Translations under genes and position numbers: made by a program
Notes under the pieces: generated by a model
Databases searched by the model: none
The model's input: only the letters and a program-made list of their open reading frames with translations
What the model was told of the DNA's origin: nothing
Shown: positions 36,716 to 49,930 of the stretch, piece by piece
How positions within the stretch are numbered: position 1 is the stretch's first letter
Layout: each line of letters opens with the position of its first letter
DNA from: Eledone cirrhosa
Lineage: Eukaryota
DNA: 64,000 nt
Direction: 5' to 3'
Assembly (NCBI GenBank): GCA_964016885.1
Contig: OZ024742.1
Span: forward strand, 175,026,001 to 175,090,000

Positions 36716-38051
36716 GTGACATGACAAATAAGCACTGAGTCCAGCCTATCAAGTAGTCATGTTGGTGGCATGACAGAAGGCATCCCGTTCAACATGTGGA
36801 GTGGTTATGTTAGCAACACATGACAATAAACACTCAGTTCACTATTTACATTGTGGACTGGGTGCTTTTTGTCATGTCACCACCACAACTACTTCACAGG
36901 GTGGACTAGTTGCTTTCTGTCGTGTCTGTGCCAAATATGTACTAGTATGTCTTTTACCTCCTACCTCTAGTGCTGCTTCCACAATAAAATTCACTCTGTA
37001 GAGCACAGATTGTATGTAAGAAAGGTGTGAGCTTCCACTTGGGAGTGTGTGAGAACATATGTAAAACATATAGGTATATATATATATAAGCAATCCACAA
37101 ACAAAATTTTGTAACAATTTGGTGAAGAAACTGAATATTATTTATTCCATCTATAAAATAATGGGTTATGTTTTCGTGACAATAATACAAAAAAAGATTC
37201 ACTATAACTATATCTTAGTAAGTTTCAATCCAGAGAACTGGTAAAGGACTCAAATAGAATTGTGCTTTATAACAATAAATTTGAAAATGCTTTTATAACT
37301 TTCGTAAAGATTCAGGGAAGTGAGCTATAGAGTAATTCATATATGTTTTTTTATTTTAAAATGAAGTACTTTTATTTGTGCACAAACAATATTTGTTATA
37401 AACTTCAAAATAAATACCAACTGCTAAATCAGTACTTTAATTAACTTAACCTAAAGAGGACACAACACAAATGAGAGGGATTCTCTAGCTGTTTATCTGA
37501 AAATATGGGTTAAACATTGTTGGAAACTCAATAATTATAAATAATAATTTTTTGTACTTAAATATGTTCACATTTCCCATATAAACTGCGACACCTATTT
37601 CCACAAAATTATAACTTAAAAATTCAGGATATAACTTAACTATTGGAGCTATAAACCATCAATTTAAAATAAAAGCTACATTACATAATATGTAAAATAG
37701 AGAAGTGATGTAGCTTCCAGTGAAACTTTACACAAATTTAAATGGAACACAAGCTCAGTAGCTAGGATTTATCTATTTGCAGTTGATATTCCTAAATGCA
37801 AGCACAGATTTTATTCTAATAGTTTCTTCCCTTGCACATCTTACCTATGAAATTCTCCTTCAGCTTCTTGCTTTCCTGATCACTACAACTTTCAAAAATT
37901 CAAAAGAAGCATCAATCAGCAGCTCTCTCCTTGATTTATGTTCTCTCTGTCTTGCACATTTTAATTGCTTTATTGCCTTGCTTGTGGTGAGCAAATTAAT
38001 ATAAATATATATATTTATATTTTTAGAAGATTATGTATCTATGTATATATT

Positions 38052-38333
38052 TAAATGTGTAGGAAAAACAAATACTTCACGCCTAGTGTTTGTTTTTCCT
38101 ATACATTTAGAAATATTATTACTCTGTGATCTTCCACCTGGATACTATAATTTGATCCCTCTTTTTGGACTATTACTGTAGCTATTACTGTAGACCATGT
38201 TGAGAAAAATACTTTGGTAAGCAATCTTGTTTTACTTTTGTTTGTACACTTATCTACACAAACAAATTTTACTCGTACATATATTCATATGTGTGTATAT
38301 ATATACACATATGAATATATGTACGAGTAAAAT
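38052..38333. repeat. Two palindromes (25-bp arms 38052-38109; 29-bp arms 38266-38333)
   Basis: First has two mismatches, both G-U compatible; second is perfect around a TA-rich loop. Confidence 0.85.
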
Positions 38334-38403
38334 ATATATATAGTAATAATAATTATGATCACCAAAATCCGAAGAGGGGTCAATAATCTGTAATAATAAT
38401 ATA

Positions 38404-38652
38404 TCATCATCATCATCATCATCAACGTTTAACGTCCGTGTTCCACGCTTGCATGGGTTTGGACAGGGGTTTTCCCACTTGAGGCAAGAGTGATTGTCTT
38501 GCTCGCATAGGACTGTCTGGCGGGTTTTCTACAGCTGGATGCCCTTCCTAACACCAACCACATTTACAGTGTGGGGCTGGGAGGTTTTTACCGTGTTGCC
38601 TACACGGCCACATTACAGCGTGGACTGTGTGTTTTTTTTTGTCGTGACACCT
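38404..38652 (-). mobile_element. RTE 3'-end fragment, near-identical to 54385-54635
   Basis: Both give the same spurious peptide MSCSHRTVW..YSWMPFLTPTTFTVW; (GAT)n tail. Confidence 0.85.
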
Positions 38653-41010
38653 ACACATATGTATATATATATATAAATTCAAAAGCTGCAGTAATTGTCT
38701 TCACACTATTTACATTATTGTCCATGTCCTTTCTCAGTAACTCCTTGCATTTAAGTTGTTTTATTGCCTTGCTTGAGGAGAGTAAATTAAAATATATATA
38801 TCATCATCATCATCATTTTACGTCTGCTTTTCCCTGCTTGCAAGGGTGTGACGATATATATAAATATTCTTATAATAATTGTTTCTACGTTAGGCACAAG
38901 GCAAGCAATTACCCAGTGTATTACTGGTACTTTATTTTATCGACCCCGTAAGGATGAAAGGCAAAGTTAACCTCGGCGGGATTATGGAGCAAAGATATAA
39001 TTATATAACTTTTAATCCTATGGTGATTTTCTTTCAGACTGGAATCTTAATAAAAATCTTGTGGTAATTCATTATTATCATATATCTATTTTCCCAGTTA
39101 GAAAAGGTTGGGCCAACATTGTTTTTAAAAGTGGCTTTCAAGCAACATCATCCAACACAAAACTAATTATAATTCACTGTGAGCTGTGTCTATCTTTAAA
39201 TTTATTCACCTCATTTAGGTTTCTTTCTTTTCTTTTTTCTTTATTTACATGAAAGCCTGCGTTTATTTATTTATTTATTTTTTTTTTGCTGTTTTTTTTT
39301 GGCCTCTAAATATCCATATGTGATTAATGTTTTCTTTGCAACAAAACTAAAATATGTGCCCAAGGTAAATAATTTTGAAATTTATAATCATGTTGCAGCC
39401 AATTTTTAATTTTAATTAGTATCATTTTCGTTTTAATTATATACTTTTAATTAACTAAATTATATTTTTGTAATACCCTGCTTTCCAAATGAAATTATTT
39501 TACATATTTTACATATTCATGAAGTGTTAAGTATATTTTCCTTCAACAAGGAAAATTAGAGTCATTGTTTTTCCATAGTTAAGGGTTAAGGTTGAAATTT
39601 TGATTAGAAGTGCTGTGGTATTGAACTACAATATATTTCATTGGAAATATGCTTGTGAAAGTGTTAAAAGCAATATAAGTGTTAAGATTTTTATCCTACA
39701 GCATTTTATGCAAAACGATACTGAAATTGCACTACTATTAAATCTTTCTTTGCTGCAATTTTATTGAAAGATGCTGTCAATGATTTTTAAATAATTTTGA
39801 AAAAATTAAAAAATATTTATCCAAATTACTTTCTCATTATTTTAGCTGGTGTTTGGAACATAACTGACCAAAGGCTCTTACATAAAATTACGATAGAAGA
39901 TTTTTAGATAAATATAAGCGATTTAAACCTTTCATTACTGTATTTCTAATGAAAATCACTGCCTTCAGTTTTCATATAATTTTAGGATTTGAAGAGATTT
40001 TGTAATATAAGTAATTTCATTGGAACATAACTTATTAAAACTTCCTTACAGAGAATTATGATGAGAGATATATAAATAAATATAATCCCTTTAAGATAAA
40101 AGTTTTTGTATCCTGTAAGTAGTGGTGGTTTCAGGCAGTTTAGTAACAAAAGGGTTGTTAATAAATCCTCTATTCCTTTATCTGCAAGTCTGTGTGTGTA
40201 CACAGCATATTTACAAATATAGCCATGTACATACTTTGCCATATAAATAATCTCATTTATAATTGCTTGTTCATAGACAAGAGGTACATAAATTAAAAAT
40301 CGAAGTTAGTTTACACGGGGTCAGCATGAAAAGTCAGAAATTGTTGATTGTATTTAGTAAAGCAAGGACAACGGAGCAAGAATTGCTGCCAAATATTCTC
40401 TCTATTGCTAAAAGGAATTATTTAAACACTGCCAACTTGCTGACAGAGTTGGTCAATACAACATCCAATTAAAACAGTTGAGATTTAATAATTAGTTTTC
40501 TCTAAAAATTCAATTGATTTACAGACATTTATTTACATCAATACATTATGTATCCATTTGTATATATGACATTATAATTTGATAGTGCAGCATTATTTTA
40601 ATAATATAGTTATTAATAATATATTGTTAATTATATGTAGGCGGCATTATAAAATTTGATTAAATGCATTGCAGTATTCATTTCAGCTCTCTGCACTCTG
40701 AGTTCAAATCCCGTTGAAGTCAACTTTGCCATTCTTCCTTTCAAGGTCAATAAAAAAGTACCATTAAGGTTCTTGAATTAATTCTTCATCTATATCCCTT
40801 TCTCATTTCCCCTATAACACAGTCTCTGTCCTTCTTGGTGAAAAGTAGGCTGTGTTCAGACCTGGTGAGGAGATAGGCTCTGCCAGTTTGAAATTGTCCA
40901 ACACATGCTGTATGTTACTATGGTGTCCCTAAAGCTCTACCAGGAGGTACGGGTAAAGACAGAGTAGGGGGAGGAAGAGGAGAATTATTATTATTATTAT
41001 TATTATTATT

Positions 41011-41567
41011 GTTCTTTGAGTCTCAGTCATTGATGTTAGTTAACTGGAAAGTTTGGTGAAATGAATATCAAGCCACTACCTGCAGCCTCAGATATTCAGG
41101 ACGTATCGGAGAGTTCTTGCTGTTCCCAGCAAGCATGCCTTTTGAAGCATTCCAAAAAGCGTGGCGGGGCCAATTTTCTTTAACCATCCCTGGAAATATT
41201 TTGAGATAGTACCTAGTACGCCTATGACAATCGGGACTACTTTGACTTCATGGCAGTCCCATATCCTTTTCACCTCCCACTTTAAGTCCTGGTATCGGTT
41301 AATTTTCTCCCTCTTCTCTTGCACTCTTGTGTTGAATGGGCAGGCCACACCCACAATCAGGCACGATCTTTTTTCCTTGTCCAAAACCACCAGGTCAGGT
41401 CTATTGTGTTCCAGTTTCTTGTCCGTCTGTATCCTAAAATCCCACAGCACCTTCACCTGATCGTTTTCTATCACCGACTCTGGCTTATGCCACTTCTCGG
41501 AATGTGGTAAATCGTTTACTTTGCATAGGTGCCAGTGGATCACCCTGCCCATCACATCATGTCTCCT
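41011..41567 (-). mobile_element. R4-clade (Dong-like) non-LTR retrotransposon, 5'-truncated, restriction-like endonuclease domain
   Basis: RRHD..IHW..LWDF.IQTD..HNRPDLV..ACP..K..RYQDL..VVPIVIG.LG; (TAA)n on both sides. Confidence 0.9.
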
Positions 41568-41699
41568 ATTATTATTATTATTATTAATATTATTATTATT
41601 ATTATTATTATTATTCAATATGTTTGATGCTCGACACCACTACGTTGACATCATATGCATATGCTGACATTGATAGTCTGCATTCTACTTTCCATGACA

Positions 41700-43053
41700 T
41701 GATCTAGGATCTGGAAGGTCTGTGTCAGCATATTTTGATGATGTCACCATAGTGATGTTGAGCAGCAAACATATTAAGTTGATTGGTACCATTCTTGAGG
41801 AATATGAAGCAATAACAGGAGCAAGAATTAACCAAGAAAAGTCAGTGAGCTTGCAGCATGGCACCAGGAGAAGCATGTCCATGATGTCCTACAATGGCAT
41901 CAGGTGCTGTACAGATGGATCTGTTAAGTTACTCAGGGTCTGGTTTAGTCCAGACCTCCAAATGCATAAAACCTGGGATGAGATAATGAGCAGAGTGACC
42001 AATCTAACCTATCTCTGAAAAGTCGAGCAGGGGTGGCACACATGTACATTGTGTCTTGTCATCTACTACCGACTGATCATTATTCCTTGTCCTGGTCCAT
42101 ATCTGCCCATACTGGAGCGTTTGCTTTTTCACATTTTGTGGAAGGGATGCATACCAATTATCAGACAGTCCATTTGTTGTCAATACCTGCTGAATGGAGG
42201 ACCAGGCATGTTGTGGTTGATGATGCCCAAACATACTTTCTGGCTAGGTCATCTCCATCTTTACCTCAACGGTATTTGCCATTTGCTAGACCCAGTTTTT
42301 CACAGCTCATCTCCTTGACAGAGCTACAGTTCTGGGTCAAACGAAGACTGAGAGGAAGCACTAGGAAATTGAAACATTCTCAAACTCTCACCGTCTTTAA
42401 CCAAACAGGCAGTGGGATCAGGGGAATTCCACCTTGGCTTTCTATAGAGGTTTAGTGGTGGGTAAAAATGACAAAATTCTTGGGGAGACTCTATGGGTTG
42501 ATGAAAATCAACTAGCCACTCTTTTCCAGAGGATTTCTGTCCAGGGCTCTTGGATAACTTGCAGAAAATCCCAGGCCTGGCAGTGATATCTTGAAGTTTG
42601 GCAGTTTGAGATAAACACTATAGGCATGCAAGTGCCATCAGCTGGGAGTGTGCAAGTGTGTGCAGGGCAATGAAACTGCCTGCATTTACTCGTCTAGTGT
42701 CTGAGTATTGCTGACTTGTGGGTTTATGCTGAACCCTGCTGTCATGTGTAGGACTATCAAGTGAGTCCATTGTGAAGATAACCCCATCTTCTTTTAAAGG
42801 GGAAGGACAGGCAGATTTGTATCTGCCTGGTGGATATGGCAAAAGAGATTGTGTGATGGATGTGTTGGAAAGGGTTGAAAATGAGTACTTTCCTCTTCAG
42901 TGAAGCCCTAATTAATCTTTTTAGGTTTCACCTGAAGAGAAAAATCAGAGTGAAGAGAGAAATGCTGCTTTCCAAACAATTTGTTGTAAGGCGGGAGAGA
43001 GAGAGATGAGCATGGCTCAAGTGAATGGGGTTGCTCTGAGTATGTGCCTGTAG
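41700..43053 (+). mobile_element. Decayed 5'-truncated Tx1 relative
   Basis: SAYFDDVT..EEYEAITGARINQEKS..WFSPDLQ..IYYRL..LFHILWK..RQSICCQ; collinear with the C-terminal half of ORF2 at 2710-4100. Confidence 0.9.
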
Positions 43054-43204
43054 ATTTGAGGTGAATAACTGGGATAGAGCAATTGCCATAATAGTCAACT
43101 GAAGAGTTCTAACACATAATATTATGCAAGATCCTTTGTTGTGATATGTTAGAAAACTAATTATATAACTGTGTGATATTTATCAATGTAAAAGCTATAT
43201 AAAT

Positions 43205-43712
43205 CAGCAGAAAACCCTTCGAGTGGTTTTCTGCTAGCATGTGTAGTGTGCATATTGATATTATACGCAAATATATATGCATATAGATATGATACGTCAA
43301 ATAAAATTATAATTGACAATATGCACAGAAATTGAAGAGAGACTGTTACACCGTCTTCTGTAATGAGTAAAGTAATCCATGATTAAAAAAAGTGAAATTT
43401 AATGCAAACGAAAAGAGAGAAAATTAGCAACAAAAATTTGAATGCTATGATATAACGATGCAAATATATAGACGTTTATATAAACGATATGTGATATAGC
43501 GTCCATTATATTATAACCGGAAGTAATGACATTTGAAAATTTTAAAAGAAGTGAATCTTGAAATAAGCAATCATTATATATAAGAATATATTTATGTTAA
43601 ATCAACAGCTACGAAATTTAGTACATATATTATGTAATATTCATTAATTATTTATTCAAAGTAATCTAAATTATTTTACAAATGGGATTAAAAAATATCC
43701 TTTTATTAAAGT
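43205..43712 (-). mobile_element. Helitron family H, copy E, SINE site empty
   Basis: Hairpin AGCAGAAAACC..GGTTTTCTGCT; single ATTATTTATTCAAAGTAA at 43647-43664. Confidence 0.8.
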
Positions 43713-43838
43713 ATATATATATATATATATATATAGAAATTTTGTATTTCTAAAGAAACACGGTTTTAGTAAGCTGTAGCTGTGCAAACACCGGGGCTAA
43801 CACCCTCTGGTGGTGTCCAGCAGAAGCAAGGGGGGACA

Positions 43839-43882
43839 ACAGTCTTCGCATTTTAGGCTCTCCTGGCCTTCCTCAGGACGGT
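43839..43882 (-). ncRNA. Minimal type I hammerhead, copy 1 (mutated)
   Basis: ACCGTC-CTGAGGA-AGGC-cagGaga-GCCT-aAAA-TGCG-aA-GACtGT. Confidence 0.65.
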
Positions 43883-44154
43883 CCCTTCAACCGCTTGCGA
43901 CTGCTGGACTTGAAAACAGTCGAGAATATATAGTTTTCTCGTCTGTGTAAATGAGGTGATTAATCTCATTTGCATATGAAGCTGCGTAACTTGGCTCAAC
44001 TGATAATAGAATAGTATTTTGCTTCAAGTATAGCTTTATACAAATATGTATAGAAATTTCGTAATTCTAAAGAAACACGGATTTAGGAAGCCATGGCTAT
44101 GCAAACACTGGGGCTAACAGCCTCTGGTGGTGTCCAGCAGAAGCAAGGAGGACA

Positions 44155-44198
44155 ACCGTCTATGCATTTCAGGATTGACTGGCCTTCCTCTGGACGGT
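44155..44198 (-). ncRNA. Minimal type I hammerhead, copy 2 (mutated)
   Basis: ACCGTC-CaGAGGA-AGG-ccagtcaat-CCT-GAAA-TGCA-TA-GACGGT. Confidence 0.7.
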
Positions 44199-44205
44199 CC
44201 CTCCC

Positions 44206-44428
44206 AGGGTAAACAATATTAATTGTGTAATTTGTTGTTAGTGTCCAAATGAATAAATTCTTTGTTGCTGCTTCCAACACGTGAGCAACAAACATAGAGT
44301 TGACTGTGGCAGAAACATGTAGTAGAGAGATCAAGTCCAACTACCTTGAGGGATTGACCCTGAGATTTCTTAATTAAAATAACAAAATTTAGTTTGACTG
44401 GTAACTGAAGCCCCTTAAATTCAACCTC
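44206..44428 (-). mobile_element. Helitron RepHel PIF1-like helicase C-terminal fragment
   Basis: EFKGLQLPVKLNFVILIKKSQGQSLKVVGLDLSTTCFCHSQLYVCCSRV..NIVY matches the Helitron INKSQGQ..FSHGQLYVA.SRV motif. Duplicated TG/CA-rich blocks at 44465-44830 probably belong to the same element. Confidence 0.85.
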
Positions 44429-45117
44429 CCATATACTCTCACACATATATTTGTCAGTCAACACATATGTATATGTATATGTATGTGTGTGTGTTTAATT
44501 CTCTCTGTGTCTGATTAAATATTTACATGATAATGTATGCGTATGTAACTTAATAAGGCCTAACGTATGCAACAAATGCAGAAACACACACTCACAGACA
44601 CATACACACTTATATACAAAATGTGACATCATCGTCATTGTTGTCTTATACTATCTCACATACTCACACACATATGTACATGTATGTGTAGATGTGTGTG
44701 TGTGTTTAATTCTCTGTGTATCTGATTAAATATTTACGTGAAGATGTATGTATGTAACGAACGTGCAAACACACATGCACACACTCATATACAAAATGTG
44801 GTGTCGTGTTATAAAATGTTGTTTACTTATAGTCTATACTAGAATATTTTAGATAAAATGTTATATTGTTTTAATCCAAATGAAAATAAACATTTCATGT
44901 TGTTAGTCCCGTGTTCTATAACCTATAAAATTTGATTTGATTTGGTTGAGCTGCTTGAGAATGCATAAGGAAAAGACAGACAGACAGATAGACAAACATT
45001 TTATATACATATATATATATATACTTATATATGTGTGTGTGTGTGTCTATAAATATATATATATATATGTGTGTGCGTGTGTGAATATGAATATATATAT
45101 ATATGTGTGTGTGTGTG

Positions 45118-45166
<49 letters not shown>

Positions 45167-45197
45167 GTGTGTATGTGCATATATAAATATATATATA

Positions 45198-46140
45198 TCA
45201 TCATCATCCTTTTATGTCCGCTTTTCCCTGCTTTCAAGGGTGGGACGGATCCTATTCAGCACAGCATCTCTCCACTTGTCATGGTCCTTCGTCATCTCCT
45301 CTATGAGCTTCAGTGATCTGAGGTCTGCTCTCACCACCTCTGCTTATGTTTTTTGTGGTCTTCCTCTACTGCGTCTTCCTTCAACTGGGATTTCAGAGCA
45401 CTTCTTTACCCAGCAATCATCCTCCATGCACATCACATGTCCATATCATCACAGTCTTCTCTCCCGCACAGTACAACTTATCTCTCTTATACACAGTTTC
45501 TCTCTCAACTCATCTATACTTGGTTGTTCACGCACATACATTGACATTGCACATCCAATAGAGCATGGCTGATTCATTTCTTTCCAGCCATTGCATATCC
45601 TCTGCAGTTGCTGCCCATGTCTCACTACCATGCAGCATTGCGCATCTCTTGTAGTTGTCTCACTCAGAAGAGGGCATCTGTTGTACTTTTTCCAGGCACA
45701 AAACCAAACTGCATCTCATTGAATTTGACCCTTTCTCTAATTAGTTGTGCTAATATTCTTTCTGCCACTTTCATAAACTGATCTATCAGTTTTATACCCT
45801 ATAATTGCTCCTCTCCAGAGCATCCCCTTTACCTTTGTAGCAATTTATGAGAATACTGTTGCACCAGTCTTTGGGTATGACAGCGCCATATATAGCTTGA
45901 TTGATGATGTGTGCAATGAGTTTTGTACCTACTTCACCTGATGCCTTCAGCATCTCAGCAACTCTCCCTAACGGTCTAGCAGCCTTACCATTTTTAATTT
46001 CCTTAATTGCATCTTGGACCCTATATTCATCAATCTCAATAGCTGGTCCATCTGTCGGGTCTACTGGGGGTTATTTCTCTCTCTCCCATTCGTTCTCCAA
46101 ATTCATCAGTCTCTCATAATGACTTTTCCAGGCCTCCTTT
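45198..46140 (-). mobile_element. Decayed, internally deleted RTE LINE
   Basis: REQPSIDELREKLCIREISCTVRERRL near the 3' end; GKAA..VAEMLKASGEVG..YKGKGDALE.SNYRGIKL upstream; (GAT)n tail. Confidence 0.85.
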
Positions 46141-47807
46141 TTCTGATCATTAATGTAAATTTTATATATACATATGAATTGCATACATATGCACACATGT
46201 TTATAAAAATGTTTTCATTAGTTTCAACTATTAGACTGGGGCCATGCTGAGCATCACTTTAAAGAGATTTAATTGATCATATTGAACTTATTTTTTTCAC
46301 GTCTGATATTTATTTCATACATCTATATGTCAAACTGCTAAGATACAGTATATATACACACACACACATACTTACGTCATCACCATCGTTGGTGGGTTAG
46401 ATAGGTCCTTTAGCACTTTTGAAGCCTTGGAAACTTCCCTAGTGTTGGTGCTATGATAAAAACTCCCAGTGCACTCTATCAATTGTTACCAAATGACGAC
46501 CATTACCAGCCACATTAGTTGCTTGGTAATACATTGCACATTTCCTGTCAATCTATAAACAGTTTATAGTAGATTAGAGAAAAACACAATCAGTAAAACA
46601 GTAATGGAATTAAAAATAGAAACATTTTTTTTAGAGTGAAAGCCTTAAGATGCCCCTTCCTTACTCTATGCACTTCAATCACATGAAGACTTATTTAATA
46701 AGATTAAAATTTAAACACTTTTTATTCTGACGTATGTACCACGATAAGAAAATAAATATTTTCAAATGAAAAATCCCCGATTTAGTGAAGATTACCATGA
46801 TGGGAAATTAGATACATTCCAAAGAAAAATCTGCGAAAAGTGATTCACAATATAGTAGGGAATTACTATACACCTGTAGATACATTTTAGGGAAGATGCA
46901 ATGATAAAATGCACCCAGTACTCTCTGTAAAGTGGTTGCTTATAGAAAAGGCATCTAGCTGTAGAAACCATATCAACATTGGAATGTATGCATGTGAGAT
47001 ATATGTCTCCCCACCACAAAGCTCATCTGGGAGGACAATACATTTTATCAAGTACTGACTTCATCTGTGAAGAACTGTGCAATCCATGCCTGCATGGAAG
47101 AATAGATTTTAAATAGTAATGATAATGGTCATGGAGATAATGTATATATTCTCTTTACCGTGTAAATTTAGCTGTTTGTTGTTTATTTTCTTAAGAGAAA
47201 CCATCTTTTCCATTCTTGTAGACAATAGAAAATAAATTAATGTTCAGTGATCCACAATTATTGGTTTTTACTAAAAAATAATTAATAGGATAAACAATAA
47301 TTTATTGATGGCTACTTCTAAGATGGGTGAAATGAAAAGATCTCAGGTGTAAACTGTGTTTTACACAAGAAAGCTGTTTTTTTTCTCCAACATCTCTTAT
47401 TGTTTAACCATTTTATTACCACATTTTAAAGAAACTCATTCTCCGACTATAATCTTTAAATCCTTTTGAAAAGAATTTGAGGTGTTTAGTTATATAATTA
47501 ATTTTCCTACATATCACAACAAAGGTTCTTACATAAAGTTATAATGTGTTAGAACTCTTAAGTTGTGTCAAAAACATGACAATATCTATTGTTCTGGTGT
47601 CAGGATAAAATGAACTCAGTAGAGCATGGGACTGTATGTAAGCAAGATGCAGAACTCCGGCCTGTCTTAGAGGTGAGTAGCCCTGCTTTAAAACTGACTC
47701 GCTCTGTAAAGACATATCCGAACATTGCTAGCAGGGCAAAGAGACATTAAATGATGATAAACACTACAAATTATAGCTTACTATACTAGAGCCTTCTAGC
47801 ACTTTTC

Positions 47808-47918
47808 TGCTGCTGCTGCTGCTCTGCTGCCGCCGCCACCGCCGCCGCTACCTTACTGAGGCTGCTACTACTACTAAAACTACTACTACTATTACTACCA
47901 AAATAACTTCTACTATCG

Positions 47919-47952
<34 letters not shown>

Positions 47953-47953
47953 A
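47808..47953. repeat. Compound (CTG)n/(CCG)n/(CTA)n microsatellite
   Basis: Seen directly. Confidence 0.9.
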
Positions 47954-48511
47954 AGATTAGAGGTCAGAGTTCAGAGAGCCAGAACAAGTATTGCAAATCA
48001 TTCTATTTTACACTTTAATGACTGTGTCAATTCCTCACCTCGACCTAGAAGACAATATTGTTTGAGAGCCTTAACTAAAGCCTATGCTGGAATCAGGAAA
48101 GTTAATAGAATCTGCTGTCTTCATTTTAACCCTTTTGTTACTATATTCTTAATGAAAGATACTGCCTATGGTTTTCAAGTCATTTTGAAAATAATCCAGA
48201 ATTTTGGGAGATGTAGTAATATTATTAACTTGCACATAAATTTGGAGTTTGGAACATAAAGATGCTTACATAAAATTGTTTGTAGGTTTTTAAACATAAA
48301 CACTTTAACCCGATCATTACTATATTTCTAATAAAAGACACTGCAAATAATTTTTCCAATAATTTCAAAAATAATCAAGAATTATTTAGTTGATTCTTAC
48401 ATAAAACGAGGACAGAACATTTCAAGATAAATATAAATATTTGAAAATAAACAGCTTTGTATCATAGAACTAAAAGCAGTGATATTGAAACTAATTTAGC
48501 TGTCACATCTG

Positions 48512-49070
48512 GAATGTACTGGGTGCATTTTATCATGGCACCAGCACAAACACATTACAGAGTGTACTGGGTGCATATCATGGGACCGTCATTAAAACTT
48601 TAGAGAGTGTACTGGGTGCATTTTGTTATGGCACCAACACTAACACTTTACAGATTGTACTGGGTGTATTTTATCATGGCACCAGCACTAACATGATACA
48701 GAGTGTACTGGGTGAATTTTATCAAGGGGTGAGCACTAACACTTTACAGAGTGTACTAGGGTTCATTTTATCATGGGACTAGCATTAACAATTTACAGAG
48801 TGTACTTGTTGCATTTTGTGATGGAACCAGAATTGGCACTTTTCATAGTGTATTGGGTGTATTTTGTGATGGGACCAGAATTAACACTTTAAAGAGTGTA
48901 CTGGGTACATTTTATGGCACTACCACTAGCATGTTACAGCATGTACTGGGTACATTTTGTGATGGGACCAGAATTAACACTTTGCAGAGTGTACTGTTTA
49001 ATTTTATCATGGCACCAGCACTAACACTTTACAGAGTGCACTGGATGCATTTTATAGTGACACCACCACT
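48512..49070 (-). repeat. ~48-bp tandem array (about 12 units), same family as 16290 and 26705
   Basis: GTACTGGGTGCATTTTATCATGGCACCAGCACTAACACTTTACAGAGT units at 48516, 48564, 48610, 48657, 48705 and onward. Confidence 0.9.
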
Positions 49071-49895
49071 CAAAAGGACTCTATATTACCTCTTTTTCTG
49101 TGTGCACTCCTTTACAAAGAACACTCACTATGTTTCAATAAATGATGTTCTATAAATTCTATATAATCCATTTGTATGTATTTAGATTAATCTGCTCTTT
49201 CTATAGAATGGAATTCACATTTCCTCTATTCCGCACACTTTTCTAATATTTTAAGTAACAAATTTAGATTGGTATAGCACAAATTTCACTGAATATCTTT
49301 TTCACTTCTATTCAGATAGAAATTCATCCAAGAATAGACTCCAAAATGATATATTGCTGACCTCTTAGTATAATTGTCATATTTTGACGCTTCTTTTATT
49401 AAGAAGAATAGAATGATAAAAAAAAATCGTTACAAAATTATTGACTTTTCAAATCTCTTCTACACCTGTGGCTTTTTATATAGATATCTACGGCTACTAA
49501 AGTTAGCAGCCGGGAAATTTTCATTTTAATCTTTAACTATTTTACCATTCAACGTGTTACAAAATTAGCTCATATTTTATCAGTGTTCCATGTAATTCAT
49601 ATGTAAGAATAGAATTGGGGTTCATTAAAACATCCAATCAATTTGAGGTCAACTTTGCCTTTCATTCTGCTGAGGTCGAAAGAAAATGTACCAATCCAGT
49701 ACTGGGGTTGATTTTTCTTCTATATCTCTTTTTTACCCCTTTTCTCTCATCCTCTCTTTCTCTGGGAGAAATAAGCTATGTTCAGAACAGGAAAAGGAAT
49801 GGGTTACAGCAGGTTTTAAAGAAAATGTCCAAGACATTGCTCCTACAACTATATCAGGTGTTACAAGTCCATACACACATACATATTTATATATA

Positions 49896-49929
<34 letters not shown>

Positions 49930-49930
<1 letters not shown>

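Larger units (their letters stand above)
43732..44202 (-). mobile_element. Hammerhead-bearing partial tandem element, 316-bp period (retrozyme or Penelope pseudo-LTR)
   Basis: ~155-bp direct repeats 43732-43886 and 44048-44202, each containing a hammerhead; ends in (TA)n. Confidence 0.75.

Noticed and set aside
41568-41618. Poly-Asn N-terminus of the 176-aa ORF
   Set aside because: It is the flanking (TAA)n target, not part of the element's protein.
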